Positions 45,836-54,931 of a stretch of DNA of 64,000 nt are shown piece after piece. The DNA comes from a bacterium. Lineage in GTDB: Archaea > Thermoplasmatota > E2 > JACPAO01 > JAHFTW01. The stretch is from positions 314,930-378,929 of the forward strand of contig JAZJZE010000009.1 of the NCBI GenBank assembly GCA_040390065.1, read 5' to 3'. Numbering within the stretch: the stretch's first letter is position 1; each line of letters begins with the position of its first letter. A program made the position numbers and the translations under genes. Below the pieces are notes generated by a model. It did not search any database, was not told the DNA's origin, and saw only the letters and a list, made by a program, of their open reading frames with translations.

Positions 45836-47293
45836 ATGGATGCCCTTTTCCCCTCTCTCCAACCTGCTGCGGCTGTGGCGAGGCCGGCACTAGCGCAGAT
45901 TGCGGTGCTCGTCTTCTGCGTGGTCGCCGGCTGCGCCGGCCCCGGGGGCTACGGAGGCGAGGACCATGGCTGCACCGCTTTCCCCGGAATCCCGTGCGAG
46001 GAAGGACTGGGACGAATCCGCCTCCATGACTTCGAGATCCACGGCCAGCCCGCCGATTCCGGTTTGACGCTCGGCCCCCAAGCGGCTATGATTGTCGTGG
46101 AGAACGCGTCGATTGTTGGTCTTCGCTGGGGAATTTGGATTCACATGACGGATTGCGACGCCTGCCATGTCGTGCTGCGAAACGTCAAAGTGGACACGGT
46201 CCTCCAAGGTATTGGCATCGATGCTGACTCCGGAACCATCGTTTTGGCGAATGTGACTGTTACGACGGCCGGCGGAAATCCGGAGATATTGGAACCTGAG
46301 GGGGACAGGTCAATTCATTTCGGCGGGACGGATGGCGTCCGCCTCTATTCGCCTCATGATTCGCCATTTGTCAGCGACGCCGACAAACCTAATCCATGCG
46401 CGACGGGCCCTGGGCTCGGCTTGCCTTCCTGTTGCCATGCCAACCCAAGGGCGACTATTGAAATTGCAAACCTTCGAATAACGAGCCACACGGCCAGCGA
46501 TGGAACGGGGCTAGGCGGAGGCATATGCCCCGAGTTGAAGCGCCTTGACCTGTCCGCCGTGTCAATCTCTTCCTACGCTTATGGAATTGAGGCCTGGCCC
46601 GAAAGCGGGACAATCGACCGCGTCAGCATCGATTGCCTCCGCGCCGGCATCATCCTGTGGGCTGGTCGCGGAGAATCGGCCCTAACCGCCAGCGGGACCA
46701 GGATATCGGGGTGCCGCGGGGACCGGCCAGGTGAAGGAATTGGATTTCTTGTCGGGCTTCCAGCCCGCATTTCGGACCTGGCGATTTCCGATTGCCGCAT
46801 CGGAATCCAAGACGATAGCCTGGACCTCGACCTCGACGATTTCTCCCTGTTGGACAACGGCATCGGCCTGAACTCCAGCCTGGTGGGAAGTGGGCGAAAG
46901 TCATTTTCGAACGGCGAGGTCATCAATTCCTCGTATGCCGGCCTTCGGGCTACCGGCCCCGTGGTCCGTATCAATCGTGTTGCCTTCATGCACAATGGTT
47001 TCATGGCGTCAAATCCCGCGACCCCCCCATCAACGGTTCCGGCCGTCGGAGGGCTAGTGTTTGGAGCCACCGGCGCCCTTGACCCGAACGCGGGGATTTC
47101 CCTTCGAAGCGTCCGTAACGCGTCCTTCGAAGGGAACGAACCGTTTGCAATAAGCGCCTCCGACCCGGTAGACGCGTCCTTGAATTGGTGGGGCAGTCCG
47201 CTCGGGCCTTCGCCTCTGGGTCGCGTTCCCGGGTTTGGCGACGTAGTCGCAGGGCCGGTACTGACCGAGCCACCACTGACGGCGCCGCCCTAG
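45836..47293 (+). CDS. Lipoprotein with right-handed parallel beta-helix repeats
   Basis: Lipobox VAGC; repeated GI.I/N-ladder strands; VDASLNWWGSPLGP C-terminal motif; lower GC. Confidence 0.7.
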   Translation: MDALFPSLQPAAAVARPALAQIAVLVFCVVAGCAGPGGYGGEDHGCTAFPGIPCEEGLGRIRLHDFEIHGQPADSGLTLGPQAAMIVVENASIVGLRWGIWIHMTDCDACHVVLRNVKVDTVLQGIGIDADSGTIVLANVTVTTAGGNPEILEPEGDRSIHFGGTDGVRLYSPHDSPFVSDADKPNPCATGPGLGLPSCCHANPRATIEIANLRITSHTASDGTGLGGGICPELKRLDLSAVSISSYAYGIEAWPESGTIDRVSIDCLRAGIILWAGRGESALTASGTRISGCRGDRPGEGIGFLVGLPARISDLAISDCRIGIQDDSLDLDLDDFSLLDNGIGLNSSLVGSGRKSFSNGEVINSSYAGLRATGPVVRINRVAFMHNGFMASNPATPPSTVPAVGGLVFGATGALDPNAGISLRSVRNASFEGNEPFAISASDPVDASLNWWGSPLGPSPLGRVPGFGDVVAGPVLTEPPLTAPP

Positions 47294-47317
47294 CCGCGCC
47301 GTGGTCTCCGCTTCGGG

Positions 47318-49243
47318 CTAGTGCGCCACCTTCTCCAGCGCCGCCTTCAACCTCGCGGAGATCAACTGCCCGTCCGCCTTGCCGCGCAACTCGGCCATGA
47401 CGGGGCCCATGAGCGGACCGATGGCGGCCATTCCCTTTGCCTTCACGAAGTCGACGCGCTCGGCGATCACTTTGGCGATGACGGCGTCCACGGCGGCCGC
47501 GTCGAGCGATCCTGCTCCAGCCTTGGCCATGGCGGCATCGAGGCTCTTCTCCCCGGCGTCGAGGGCCTTGAGGATGTCCGGGATGGCTTCCTTGGCGAAC
47601 TTGCCTGCGCGAAGGGCGGCAAACATCCCCGGCAGATGCGCGAGCACCGCGTCGGGCGTCTTGAGTTCCGGAAGGTACTGCAGCAGGACGCGCGCCGCCA
47701 GAGGGCCCTCGGCTCCGGCTTGCACGAGTTCCTGGAATTCCGCCTCCATGCCGTCGGCCACGAGTTGCTGCGCGATGTCCTTGCTGACGCCGTTTGCCTT
47801 GACGAACAGGGCGACCTTTTCCTCGGGCTTCGGCGGGAGGCGGCCCTTCACGTCCTTCCACGTCGCCGCGGAGACGAGAATTGGTGGCACGTCCGTCTCC
47901 GGATACATGCGGGCCGCTCCCGGCATGGGCCGCATGAAGCGCGTCGAATCGTCCGGCTGCACCGCGCGGACTTCCTGCTGGAATGCACTCGCCGCCTGAA
48001 CGTACCTTGCGGCTGCGGCGGCCACTGCCATCCTGGCGATGGCAGGCTTCTCGACGCACAACGCGAACGCGTCGGCGGCACCGCACCCGAGAAGCTGGCG
48101 CACGGCGTCGACTTCGGCCTGGGTGATGCCGTAGCCTGGCAACTCGTCACTGTGGAAGATACCCTTGACGCCGGCCGAGACCTTGGCGTGGTCGGCCAGT
48201 TCGCGGCCGAGGCGGGGCCCGTCCTTCGTCGCCCCCTTGAGGAGTCCCGCGCCGTGCTGGAGGCGTACTCCCATGACCACGGCGCCGCGCTGCAACGACT
48301 CCCGCACGACCTTCGCCGTCGTCGCCGCCAGCGCGGCCGTGACATCGTGAGGCACGTCGGCCTTCGCGCCGCCGAGCCGCTTCAACTCCTCCCGCACGTG
48401 GTGCATCCACAATTGCCGACGGCACTCCGCCTCGATGATGCGGGGAATCGCGCGCAGGTCCTGGCAGCCCTTGATCTCGACGCGGGCACCGACGCCGACG
48501 GAGACGTTGAGGTCCTGCCGGATGGTGCCGAGGCCACGCTTGACGCGCCCCGTCGCCCGAAGCAGGGCACCGATGCGGGCCGCGGCCCGTTGCGCGTGCT
48601 GCGGGTCCACGATGTCCGGCGCCGTCGCCACTTCCAGAAGAGGAATGCCGAGGCGGTCGAGAGTGTACGTCACGACGTCGGCTTCGCCTTCCAGCTTGCG
48701 CGCCGAATCCTCCTCCAACGCCATCGTCCAGATGCCCACGTCACCACCCTCCACGTCGAGCTTGCCACCGGTCGCGATGAGGGCCGTGCGTTGGAAGCCC
48801 GACGTGTTGGAGCCGTCGATGACGGTCTTGCGCATGACGTGCACTTCGTCGACGGGTCGGCCGGCTACGAGGCCCGCGAAGGTGAGTGCCACGTCGAGAG
48901 CATCGGTCGACATTGGGTGAGGCGGCTCTTCGTCCAATTCGACAAGGCTCGACAGGCCGTCCATCACGAGGTAACGGAAGCGACGGTTGCGCCTCGCCTC
49001 GGCCGCTGCCGCTGCGTCGACTTCGCCCAGCTCGGAGCCGGTCGCGCGAAGCACCCGCTCCACGGTCGCAACGGTGCGCCTGGCAACGTCGTCGGGTTCG
49101 ACCACGTCACTGGGGCAGGGGCTGAACAGCTTGCGCGTCGCCAGCTGCTGATGGATCTCCAGGCCACATCGGAAGCCGATGGCCTTGTAATCGAGCTTCG
49201 CCGCCTGGCTCGCGCGTGCCGCGTCGTCTCCTAACGTCGTCAT
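47318..49243 (-). CDS. gatE: Glu-tRNA(Gln) amidotransferase subunit E
   Basis: GLEIHQQL, DEEPPH, MRKTVIDGSNTSGFQRT, RGLGTIRQDLNVS, HSDELPGYGI, RPMPGAARMYPETD. Confidence 0.97.
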   Translation of the reverse strand: MTTLGDDAARASQAAKLDYKAIGFRCGLEIHQQLATRKLFSPCPSDVVEPDDVARRTVATVERVLRATGSELGEVDAAAAAEARRNRRFRYLVMDGLSSLVELDEEPPHPMSTDALDVALTFAGLVAGRPVDEVHVMRKTVIDGSNTSGFQRTALIATGGKLDVEGGDVGIWTMALEEDSARKLEGEADVVTYTLDRLGIPLLEVATAPDIVDPQHAQRAAARIGALLRATGRVKRGLGTIRQDLNVSVGVGARVEIKGCQDLRAIPRIIEAECRRQLWMHHVREELKRLGGAKADVPHDVTAALAATTAKVVRESLQRGAVVMGVRLQHGAGLLKGATKDGPRLGRELADHAKVSAGVKGIFHSDELPGYGITQAEVDAVRQLLGCGAADAFALCVEKPAIARMAVAAAAARYVQAASAFQQEVRAVQPDDSTRFMRPMPGAARMYPETDVPPILVSAATWKDVKGRLPPKPEEKVALFVKANGVSKDIAQQLVADGMEAEFQELVQAGAEGPLAARVLLQYLPELKTPDAVLAHLPGMFAALRAGKFAKEAIPDILKALDAGEKSLDAAMAKAGAGSLDAAAVDAVIAKVIAERVDFVKAKGMAAIGPLMGPVMAELRGKADGQLISARLKAALEKVAH

Positions 49244-50538
49244 GCCTTGGCCCCTGGCGCCGCGTGCGCTTCACCGAAGGCCCGCACGTCGATAGGCGCA
49301 TCCATCTCGCCAGCAACTGGGGACAAGAAGCGACGCCGCACCTCGTCGCGCGACTTGGCCCACTCGGGGTGGCCGAGGATCCACATCATCTTGATGTACG
49401 CCACCTCGGGCAACATGTCCTGTGCCGGGATGACACCCATCTGCAACAGGTCACGGCCAGTCGAGTAGACGTTCATGTTCACGGCGCCGCTCACGCATTG
49501 ACTCGCCATGACGACGTGTGCCCCCCTGTCGATGACCGCCTTGATGCCGGGGAGGCAGCGCCGCGCGATGTGCCCAAGCCCCGTGCCGACGATGACGGTG
49601 GCGTCGATCACGACGTCCTCGATGTGCTGCGGCCACAACCCCGGATAACTCAGGATCATGCTCACCTTCTCGTCGAAGCGCGCATCGCATGACGTCGACC
49701 CCTTCCCTGCCTTGACGTAGGGCCGATCCAGCCGCACGGCGCCCGCCTCGACGCGGCCGATCGGGGGCACGTTGATGGATTGGAAAGCGTCGCGCCGACT
49801 CGTATGCATCTTGCGCACGCGCGTCGCCCGGTGGACGAGGCAGACATCGTCCGACGACGAACCGTGCAGCACCGCCACGACTTCGCCAAGGTCCGTGGTC
49901 GCTGCCACCCGCGCCGCAGCCAGGAGATTCATGGAGGCATCCGACGACGGCCGGTCGCTGGAACGCTGCGAGCCCACGAGGACCACGGGACCGGACAAAT
50001 CGCGCAAAGCGAAGGCCAGGGCTGCCGCCGTGTAGGCAAGCGTGTCGGTGCCATGCGGAATCACGACGCCACGCGCCCCGTGATTGAGGTGCCACGCCGC
50101 CCGCTCCGCAATCTTCGCCCAATGCTCCGGCTGCATGTCCTCCGAGAACATGTTGAAGACCACCTCGGCGCGGATGTTGCAGAAGCCGAACAACTCCGGC
50201 GCCGCAGCCGCCAACTCCTCCGGCCGCGTCGCCGGGTGAACACCGCCCGTCCGGTAGTCGATGAAAGACGCAATCGTGCCGCCCGTACCCAGGATTGCAA
50301 TCGTCGGCTTCGACGGGTCATCCACGACCGGCTTGCTCTCGACCTGCCGCGGCTTGCCCTTCTCCACCAACTCGACCTTTGCACCCGCACGCGCCAAGCC
50401 GACGTTGTAACCATTATCCAACTTGAGCGTCAAGATGCCCTCCCCACTGAACGAATGCCGCGGCATGAGAAGACCATCGAACGTCGCCCCATCCGCCGTC
50501 GTGATGCGAATGCGGTCCCCCGGCTGCGGCTCGGACAC
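49240..50538 (-). CDS. gatD: Glu-tRNA(Gln) amidotransferase subunit D
   Basis: LKLDNGYNVG, GTGGTIAS, HGTDT, GSQRSSDRPSSD, RKMHTSRRDAF. Confidence 0.97.
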   Translation of the reverse strand: MSEPQPGDRIRITTADGATFDGLLMPRHSFSGEGILTLKLDNGYNVGLARAGAKVELVEKGKPRQVESKPVVDDPSKPTIAILGTGGTIASFIDYRTGGVHPATRPEELAAAAPELFGFCNIRAEVVFNMFSEDMQPEHWAKIAERAAWHLNHGARGVVIPHGTDTLAYTAAALAFALRDLSGPVVLVGSQRSSDRPSSDASMNLLAAARVAATTDLGEVVAVLHGSSSDDVCLVHRATRVRKMHTSRRDAFQSINVPPIGRVEAGAVRLDRPYVKAGKGSTSCDARFDEKVSMILSYPGLWPQHIEDVVIDATVIVGTGLGHIARRCLPGIKAVIDRGAHVVMASQCVSGAVNMNVYSTGRDLLQMGVIPAQDMLPEVAYIKMMWILGHPEWAKSRDEVRRRFLSPVAGEMDAPIDVRAFGEAHAAPGAKA

Positions 50539-50605
50539 GATGGGGCGACGGTGCGAGGGGTTATGGGTTGTGCTGGTGGCGTTTCACTTGCCCCTTCGAC
50601 GCGGA

Positions 50606-50657
50606 CTTGGCCTTTCGCGGACGTCCATGGCCGGCCAAGCACGTCCACGGACGTCCA
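50606..50657. promoter_or_regulatory. 34-bp dyad plus phased ACGTCCA repeats upstream of RHH gene (putative operator)
   Basis: CTTGGCC-N6-GGACGTCC-N6-GGCCAAG at 50606-50639; ACGTCCA at 50621, 50641 and 50651. Confidence 0.5.
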
Positions 50658-50669
50658 GGCGGAGCCCGC

Positions 50670-50843
50670 ATGCCCAACCGAATCGACTACGCCTCCATCG
50701 AAATCCCCCGCATCCTGCACGACCGCCTGCGCATGGCGAAGGAGCATCATCGGCAATCGTATTGGGAACTGGTCGAGGCGATGCTGGATTATTGGGAGGA
50801 TATGGGCGGGTGGGACTACGGGAGGAGGCCGCCCGTGCCATGA
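50670..50843 (+). CDS. Small ribbon-helix-helix-like DNA-binding protein (57 aa)
   Basis: ASIEIPRILHDRLRMAK....SYWELVEAML strand-helix-helix pattern; GGAG upstream. Confidence 0.65.
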   Translation: MPNRIDYASIEIPRILHDRLRMAKEHHRQSYWELVEAMLDYWEDMGGWDYGRRPPVP

Positions 50844-50856
50844 TGCGGCCGGGCCG

Positions 50857-51543
50857 TCAAATGGCCGGCCCGCTGGCTTCGGTGGCGAGGCGTTCGAATT
50901 CCGTTCGGATTCCCGGGCCGAAATCGTGCCGGCCTGCGATGGCGGCGGCGACGACGTAGGCCGCCAGACTGGCTCCGACGACGAGGGCGACGCGCCCCCA
51001 TGCATGCATCATGTCAGCGACATCCCCCCACGCGTCGCACATCACCGGGCGCACGGCCGCGTTGGGACAGGCCTTCCCGTTGGAGCTCATGTTGAAGCCG
51101 CCGATGACGAGCAAGAACGCTGCGGCGCTGCCGAGGCTCCATGCGCCGATTGCCCGGGGCGAGGGGGCGCCTGGCAGCGCCTGCTTGAAGGCCATCCAGC
51201 GGGACTTCGTGATGCGCCCGTTTGCAAGCCAACCTGTCGCGGCGCGTTCCATGCCACGGCAGGTCCAGGCCCGTCGAAGGCGCCATGCGAGAAGGCCGAC
51301 GAGGCCTCCCAGCCATCCTGCAGCAAGCGTGGCCGGGATGGCCTTGACCAGGTTTAGCCAGCCTTCCCACCGTTCGCGTACCGCCCATTCGGTGTCGGTC
51401 TGACCGCCGGGTGCGAAGCGCTCCGCGAAGGTGTCGAGCGAGATGACGACGGCGACCGCGATGGCGGCGGCGACGACGACCAGACGCAGGCGCGGCCGGA
51501 CAAGCCGCCCGCCAACCCAGTCGACCGGGGCCGCCCAGTTCAC
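50857..51543 (-). CDS. Hypothetical multi-TM membrane protein
   Basis: GTGA overlap with the thioesterase stop; ~4 hydrophobic segments. Confidence 0.55.
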   Translation of the reverse strand: MNWAAPVDWVGGRLVRPRLRLVVVAAAIAVAVVISLDTFAERFAPGGQTDTEWAVRERWEGWLNLVKAIPATLAAGWLGGLVGLLAWRLRRAWTCRGMERAATGWLANGRITKSRWMAFKQALPGAPSPRAIGAWSLGSAAAFLLVIGGFNMSSNGKACPNAAVRPVMCDAWGDVADMMHAWGRVALVVGASLAAYVVAAAIAGRHDFGPGIRTEFERLATEASGPAI

Positions 51544-51941
51544 GGTTTCAGCCCCTTCACCAACTCCAGCAGCTTGCCTTCGAGCATGTCGGATTTCTCC
51601 AACTTGTAGTCGTAGGCGACTTGCACGGTCTTGCCAGTGGCGTAGATGATGGAGGTTTTCTTGTCTTTGATCTCGTAGTCGAAGTCCCAGCTCTTGCCGC
51701 CAATGCGGCTGGTCCACATCTTGACTTGGGGTTGGGCGTTCATCTTCATGGGGTTCTTGTAGTCCAGGGCGGCGTGGGCGAGGATGAAGGGGAAGTCGCG
51801 TTCCGAGGTGGAGCCGGCGATTTCGGTGAAGAAGCGCATGCGGCAGTGTTCGAGGTAGGTGAGGAAGAGGGCGTTGTTGACGTGGCCCATGCCGTCGACG
51901 TCGTTGAAGCGCACGTCGACCGTGCAGCTGAAGGCGGCCAT
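51540..51941 (-). CDS. Acyl-CoA thioesterase (4HBT/YbgC hot-dog family)
   Basis: VRFNDVDGMGHVNNALFLTYLEHCR, IGGKS. Confidence 0.9.
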   Translation of the reverse strand: MAAFSCTVDVRFNDVDGMGHVNNALFLTYLEHCRMRFFTEIAGSTSERDFPFILAHAALDYKNPMKMNAQPQVKMWTSRIGGKSWDFDYEIKDKKTSIIYATGKTVQVAYDYKLEKSDMLEGKLLELVKGLKP

Positions 51942-52372
51942 CAGTTGCCTCCGACGATGCGTTGGACTTTGATGGCGAGGTCGTGCAGGTCTTCGGAGGC
52001 GGCGGTGGTGGTGCCCTTGAATGCGGCGTGGATGGGGCCGCCGCCGTCGCCCTTCGTGCGCGGGACGATGTGCATGTGCAGGTGCTGGACTTCTTGGCCG
52101 GCGGCGGGGCCGTTGTGGATGGCGAGTGTCGCGTCGGTGGCTCCAGTCGCTTTGCCCAGGGCTTTGGTGAGTCTGCGTGCGGCTGCAATCAGTGCGGCTG
52201 CGTCCTCGGGGCTGGCGTCTTCGAGTTTGGCGGTGTGCCGCTTGGGGACGAGGAGGGTGTGACCTGGCCGTAGCGGGTGGATGTCGAGGAAGGCGAAGAC
52301 GCGTTCGTCTTGGTAGAGTTCGGCGCTGGGGAGGTTGCCGGCGGCGATGCGGCAGAAGAGGCAGTCATCCAT
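51941..52372 (-). CDS. HIT family nucleotide hydrolase
   Basis: DCLFCRI, FLDIHP, GHTLLVPKRH, GQEVQHLHMHIVPR. Confidence 0.93.
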   Translation of the reverse strand: MDDCLFCRIAAGNLPSAELYQDERVFAFLDIHPLRPGHTLLVPKRHTAKLEDASPEDAAALIAAARRLTKALGKATGATDATLAIHNGPAAGQEVQHLHMHIVPRTKGDGGGPIHAAFKGTTTAASEDLHDLAIKVQRIVGGN

Positions 52373-52421
52373 CTTGCGTCGCGCAGGCTGGTGTCGGGCT
52401 TTAGCGATGCCGCCAGGGGGG

Positions 52422-52949
52422 TTACGCCTTGGCGGGCAGCGGCTCGAGGCTGCGCACGGTCACGGACTTGACGCCGCGTACGCGCTGCAGGGTCGGGATG
52501 AGGGTGCCGGGAATTGCCGTCGCGGTGACGACGAAGAGGACGGGCTCGTCGGTGAAGTCGGGGTCCTCGACGATGGCTTGCTTGATGCTGAGGCCGGCTT
52601 CGGCGATGGCGTGGCTGACGGCGGCGAGGATGCCGGGTTGGTTGGCGTCGGAGGCGACAATCTGCAGCACGCCGGCTCCCATGATTGGCCCGACGTCCTT
52701 GAGGTGGAGTGTGGGGGCGAAGCGGCTGAAGACGCGTGACAACTGCGGGTTGGCTGCGATGGTCTCGACGGTGGAGCGCACGATGCGGCGGTCGACGCCG
52801 GCTGCGCGGGCGAGCGCGGTGTCGGTGACTTCGATGGTGCCTGCAAGGACGCGGTCGCCGTCGATGCGCAGGCCGTTTTGGATCATGAGCCGGACGACTT
52901 TTTCCTGGGCTGGGAAGCGCCGGAAATGGTCGATGAGGACTTGCCACAT
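52422..52949 (-). CDS. Archaeal HTH-ACT domain regulator of amino-acid metabolism (COG2150-like)
   Basis: MW....F..FPAQEKV, ALARAAGVDRRIVRSTV, PGILA, ISIKQA-like motif, EDPDF; divergent from the aro operon. Confidence 0.8.
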   Translation of the reverse strand: MWQVLIDHFRRFPAQEKVVRLMIQNGLRIDGDRVLAGTIEVTDTALARAAGVDRRIVRSTVETIAANPQLSRVFSRFAPTLHLKDVGPIMGAGVLQIVASDANQPGILAAVSHAIAEAGLSIKQAIVEDPDFTDEPVLFVVTATAIPGTLIPTLQRVRGVKSVTVRSLEPLPAKA

Positions 52950-53053
52950 GTGGTGACCATTGCTCAAAAATGCACTTAACCGTTTGTTCGCGAGCATCTT
53001 GTGCCGAGTCGGGCACCCAGGCCCGGTGGCCCGGCGGAGGCGCGGCAAATCCA

Positions 53054-53061
53054 GATATAAG
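53054..53061 (+). promoter_or_regulatory. TATA box of the chorismate operon
   Basis: GATATAAG ~20 nt upstream of GTG 53082. Confidence 0.55.
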
Positions 53062-53081
53062 ATGCCCCGCTGGGCGGCCGC

Positions 53082-53816
53082 GTGGCGGGACGTACGCTTC
53101 GCATGGGCCGCTTGACGACGCCGTCGGGCGCCTGGCTCATGGTGGCCCTCGACCACGGCGTCTCCATGGGCCCCATCGCGGGCCTCGTGAATCCCGGCAA
53201 GGCGGTCGCGGCCGCCGCAAAGGGAGGCGCTTCGTGCGCGACGATGCACAAGGGCCTCATCCCGCTCGCCGAACCCTTTGCCGACCGCCTTGGCATCCTC
53301 CTGCACCTCTCGGCGAGCACGGCATGGGCGCCTGACCCCGACGACAAACGCCTCGTGGCACGTGTCGAGGAGGCGGTGCGCCTCGGCTGCGACGGTGTGT
53401 CGATCCACGTCAACGTCGGCAGCGCCACGGAGGCGAGGCAGTTGCAGGATGCCGGGTCGGTGAGCGGCGCCTGCGCGGAGTGGGGCATGCCGCTCGTCGC
53501 GATGATGTACCCGCGCGGCCCAAATGTCCAGCAGCCACCGTCGCCCGCGCTGGTCGCCCACGCGGCGCGCCTTGGCGCGGAGCTTGGGGCCGACGCCGTG
53601 AAGGTGCCCCTCTGCCCGGATTTCGCCGACGTCGTGGCGGGCTGCCCCGTGCCCGTCCTCGTGGCCGGCGGCGCGCAACGCCCCATGCCGGGCCTCCTGT
53701 CCGACCTGCGCGCGGCGCGCAAGGCCGGGGCCCGCGGCGTATCCATCGGGCGCAACGCCTTCCAGCAGAAGGACCCGGCGGCTGCGGTGGCCGCCATCGC
53801 GAAGGTGTTCGCCTGA
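53082..53816 (+). CDS. aroA': 2-amino-3,7-dideoxy-D-threo-hept-6-ulosonate synthase (class I aldolase)
   Basis: ALDHGVSMGP, HKG, HLSAST, AMMYPRG, AELGADAVK, GRNAFQ; operon context. Confidence 0.85.
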   Translation: MAGRTLRMGRLTTPSGAWLMVALDHGVSMGPIAGLVNPGKAVAAAAKGGASCATMHKGLIPLAEPFADRLGILLHLSASTAWAPDPDDKRLVARVEEAVRLGCDGVSIHVNVGSATEARQLQDAGSVSGACAEWGMPLVAMMYPRGPNVQQPPSPALVAHAARLGAELGADAVKVPLCPDFADVVAGCPVPVLVAGGAQRPMPGLLSDLRAARKAGARGVSIGRNAFQQKDPAAAVAAIAKVFA

Positions 53817-54931
53817 GTCGCATCCCCCTCTGGATCGACCTGCGCGACGTGCCCCTCAACAAGCGGCTGCCGTACTTGCACGCCATCCGCGACGTCGGCG
53901 CCGAACGCGTCCTGTTGGCCAAGGACGATGCGCACCACGAACGCGCAGGCCTGGCAACGTTCGCCGTGGACGGCAAGAACCGGCTCCTCGACGGCAAGCG
54001 GCAGGTCGGCCGCATTGCCAACGTGAGCGACGCAAAGACGCAGGCGAAGGCGGCCACGGCTCCCGGCGTCATCGTCGTCGACGAAGGGCCCGACCGCATC
54101 ATCCCACTCGAGAACCTGATCGCGGCGCGCCAGGACCGGCCCGGGACGCTGTTTGCCCGCACCCGGTCGGCGCGAGACGCCGCGTTGTGCGCCGTCGTGC
54201 TGGAGCGCGGCGTGCACGGCATCGTCCTCGTCCCGTCCTCGCCGCAGGAAGTGCTCGCGACGGACCTTCTGCTGCGCGAAGCGCGGGCCAGCCAAGCACC
54301 GACCCCCGCCCCGCAACCCCGCGAACGCGAACCATCTCCTGCAAGCCCTGCCTCCGCACCTGCCCCCCAGGGCTCACCCACCCTGACGTCAGGACTCGCG
54401 GCGGCGCGCATCTCCAAGGTCGACGATGGCGGCGTCGGCGACCGGGTCTGCGTCGATACGACGAGCCTCCTGCAGGAAGGCGAAGGGCTCCTTGTCGGGT
54501 CGACCGCGCGCAGCTTCGCCTTGGTGCATGCCGAGACCGCCACCAACGGCCTCATCGCCGCCCGGCCGTTTCGGGTCAACGCCGGCGCCGTGCATAGCTA
54601 CCTCCTCGGCCCTGACGGCACCACACGCTACCTGTCGGAACTCGCCGCCGGCCAGACCGTTCTCGCCGTGCACCGCAACGGCACGAGCCGCCAGGTCACC
54701 GTGGGCCGCGTCAAGATCGAGCGCCGCCCGCACCTCATCGTGCACTGGGACACGCCCGGCGGCCCCGCAAGTGTCGCCCTGCAGAATGCTGAGACCGTGT
54801 GCCTGGTTCGCCCGGACGGAACGACCTTGCCGGTCACGCGCGTCCAGCCAGGCGATGCAATCCTCGTGCAAGCCGGTGCCCCCGCCCGCCACGCCGGAAT
54901 CGCCGTCGACGAGAACGTGGAGGAGCGTTGA
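53813..54931 (+). CDS. aroB': 3-dehydroquinate synthase II
   Basis: IIPLENLIA, LERGVHG, GDRVCVDT, GEGLLVGS, RPFRVNAGAVHSY, GRVKIERRP, LQNAET. Start probably CTG 53813. Confidence 0.9.
   Translation: MSRIPLWIDLRDVPLNKRLPYLHAIRDVGAERVLLAKDDAHHERAGLATFAVDGKNRLLDGKRQVGRIANVSDAKTQAKAATAPGVIVVDEGPDRIIPLENLIAARQDRPGTLFARTRSARDAALCAVVLERGVHGIVLVPSSPQEVLATDLLLREARASQAPTPAPQPREREPSPASPASAPAPQGSPTLTSGLAAARISKVDDGGVGDRVCVDTTSLLQEGEGLLVGSTARSFALVHAETATNGLIAARPFRVNAGAVHSYLLGPDGTTRYLSELAAGQTVLAVHRNGTSRQVTVGRVKIERRPHLIVHWDTPGGPASVALQNAETVCLVRPDGTTLPVTRVQPGDAILVQAGAPARHAGIAVDENVEER

Noticed and set aside
50540-50670. Canonical archaeal oriC
   Set aside because: No AT-rich unwinding element, ORB G-strings or adjacent cdc6/orc1.
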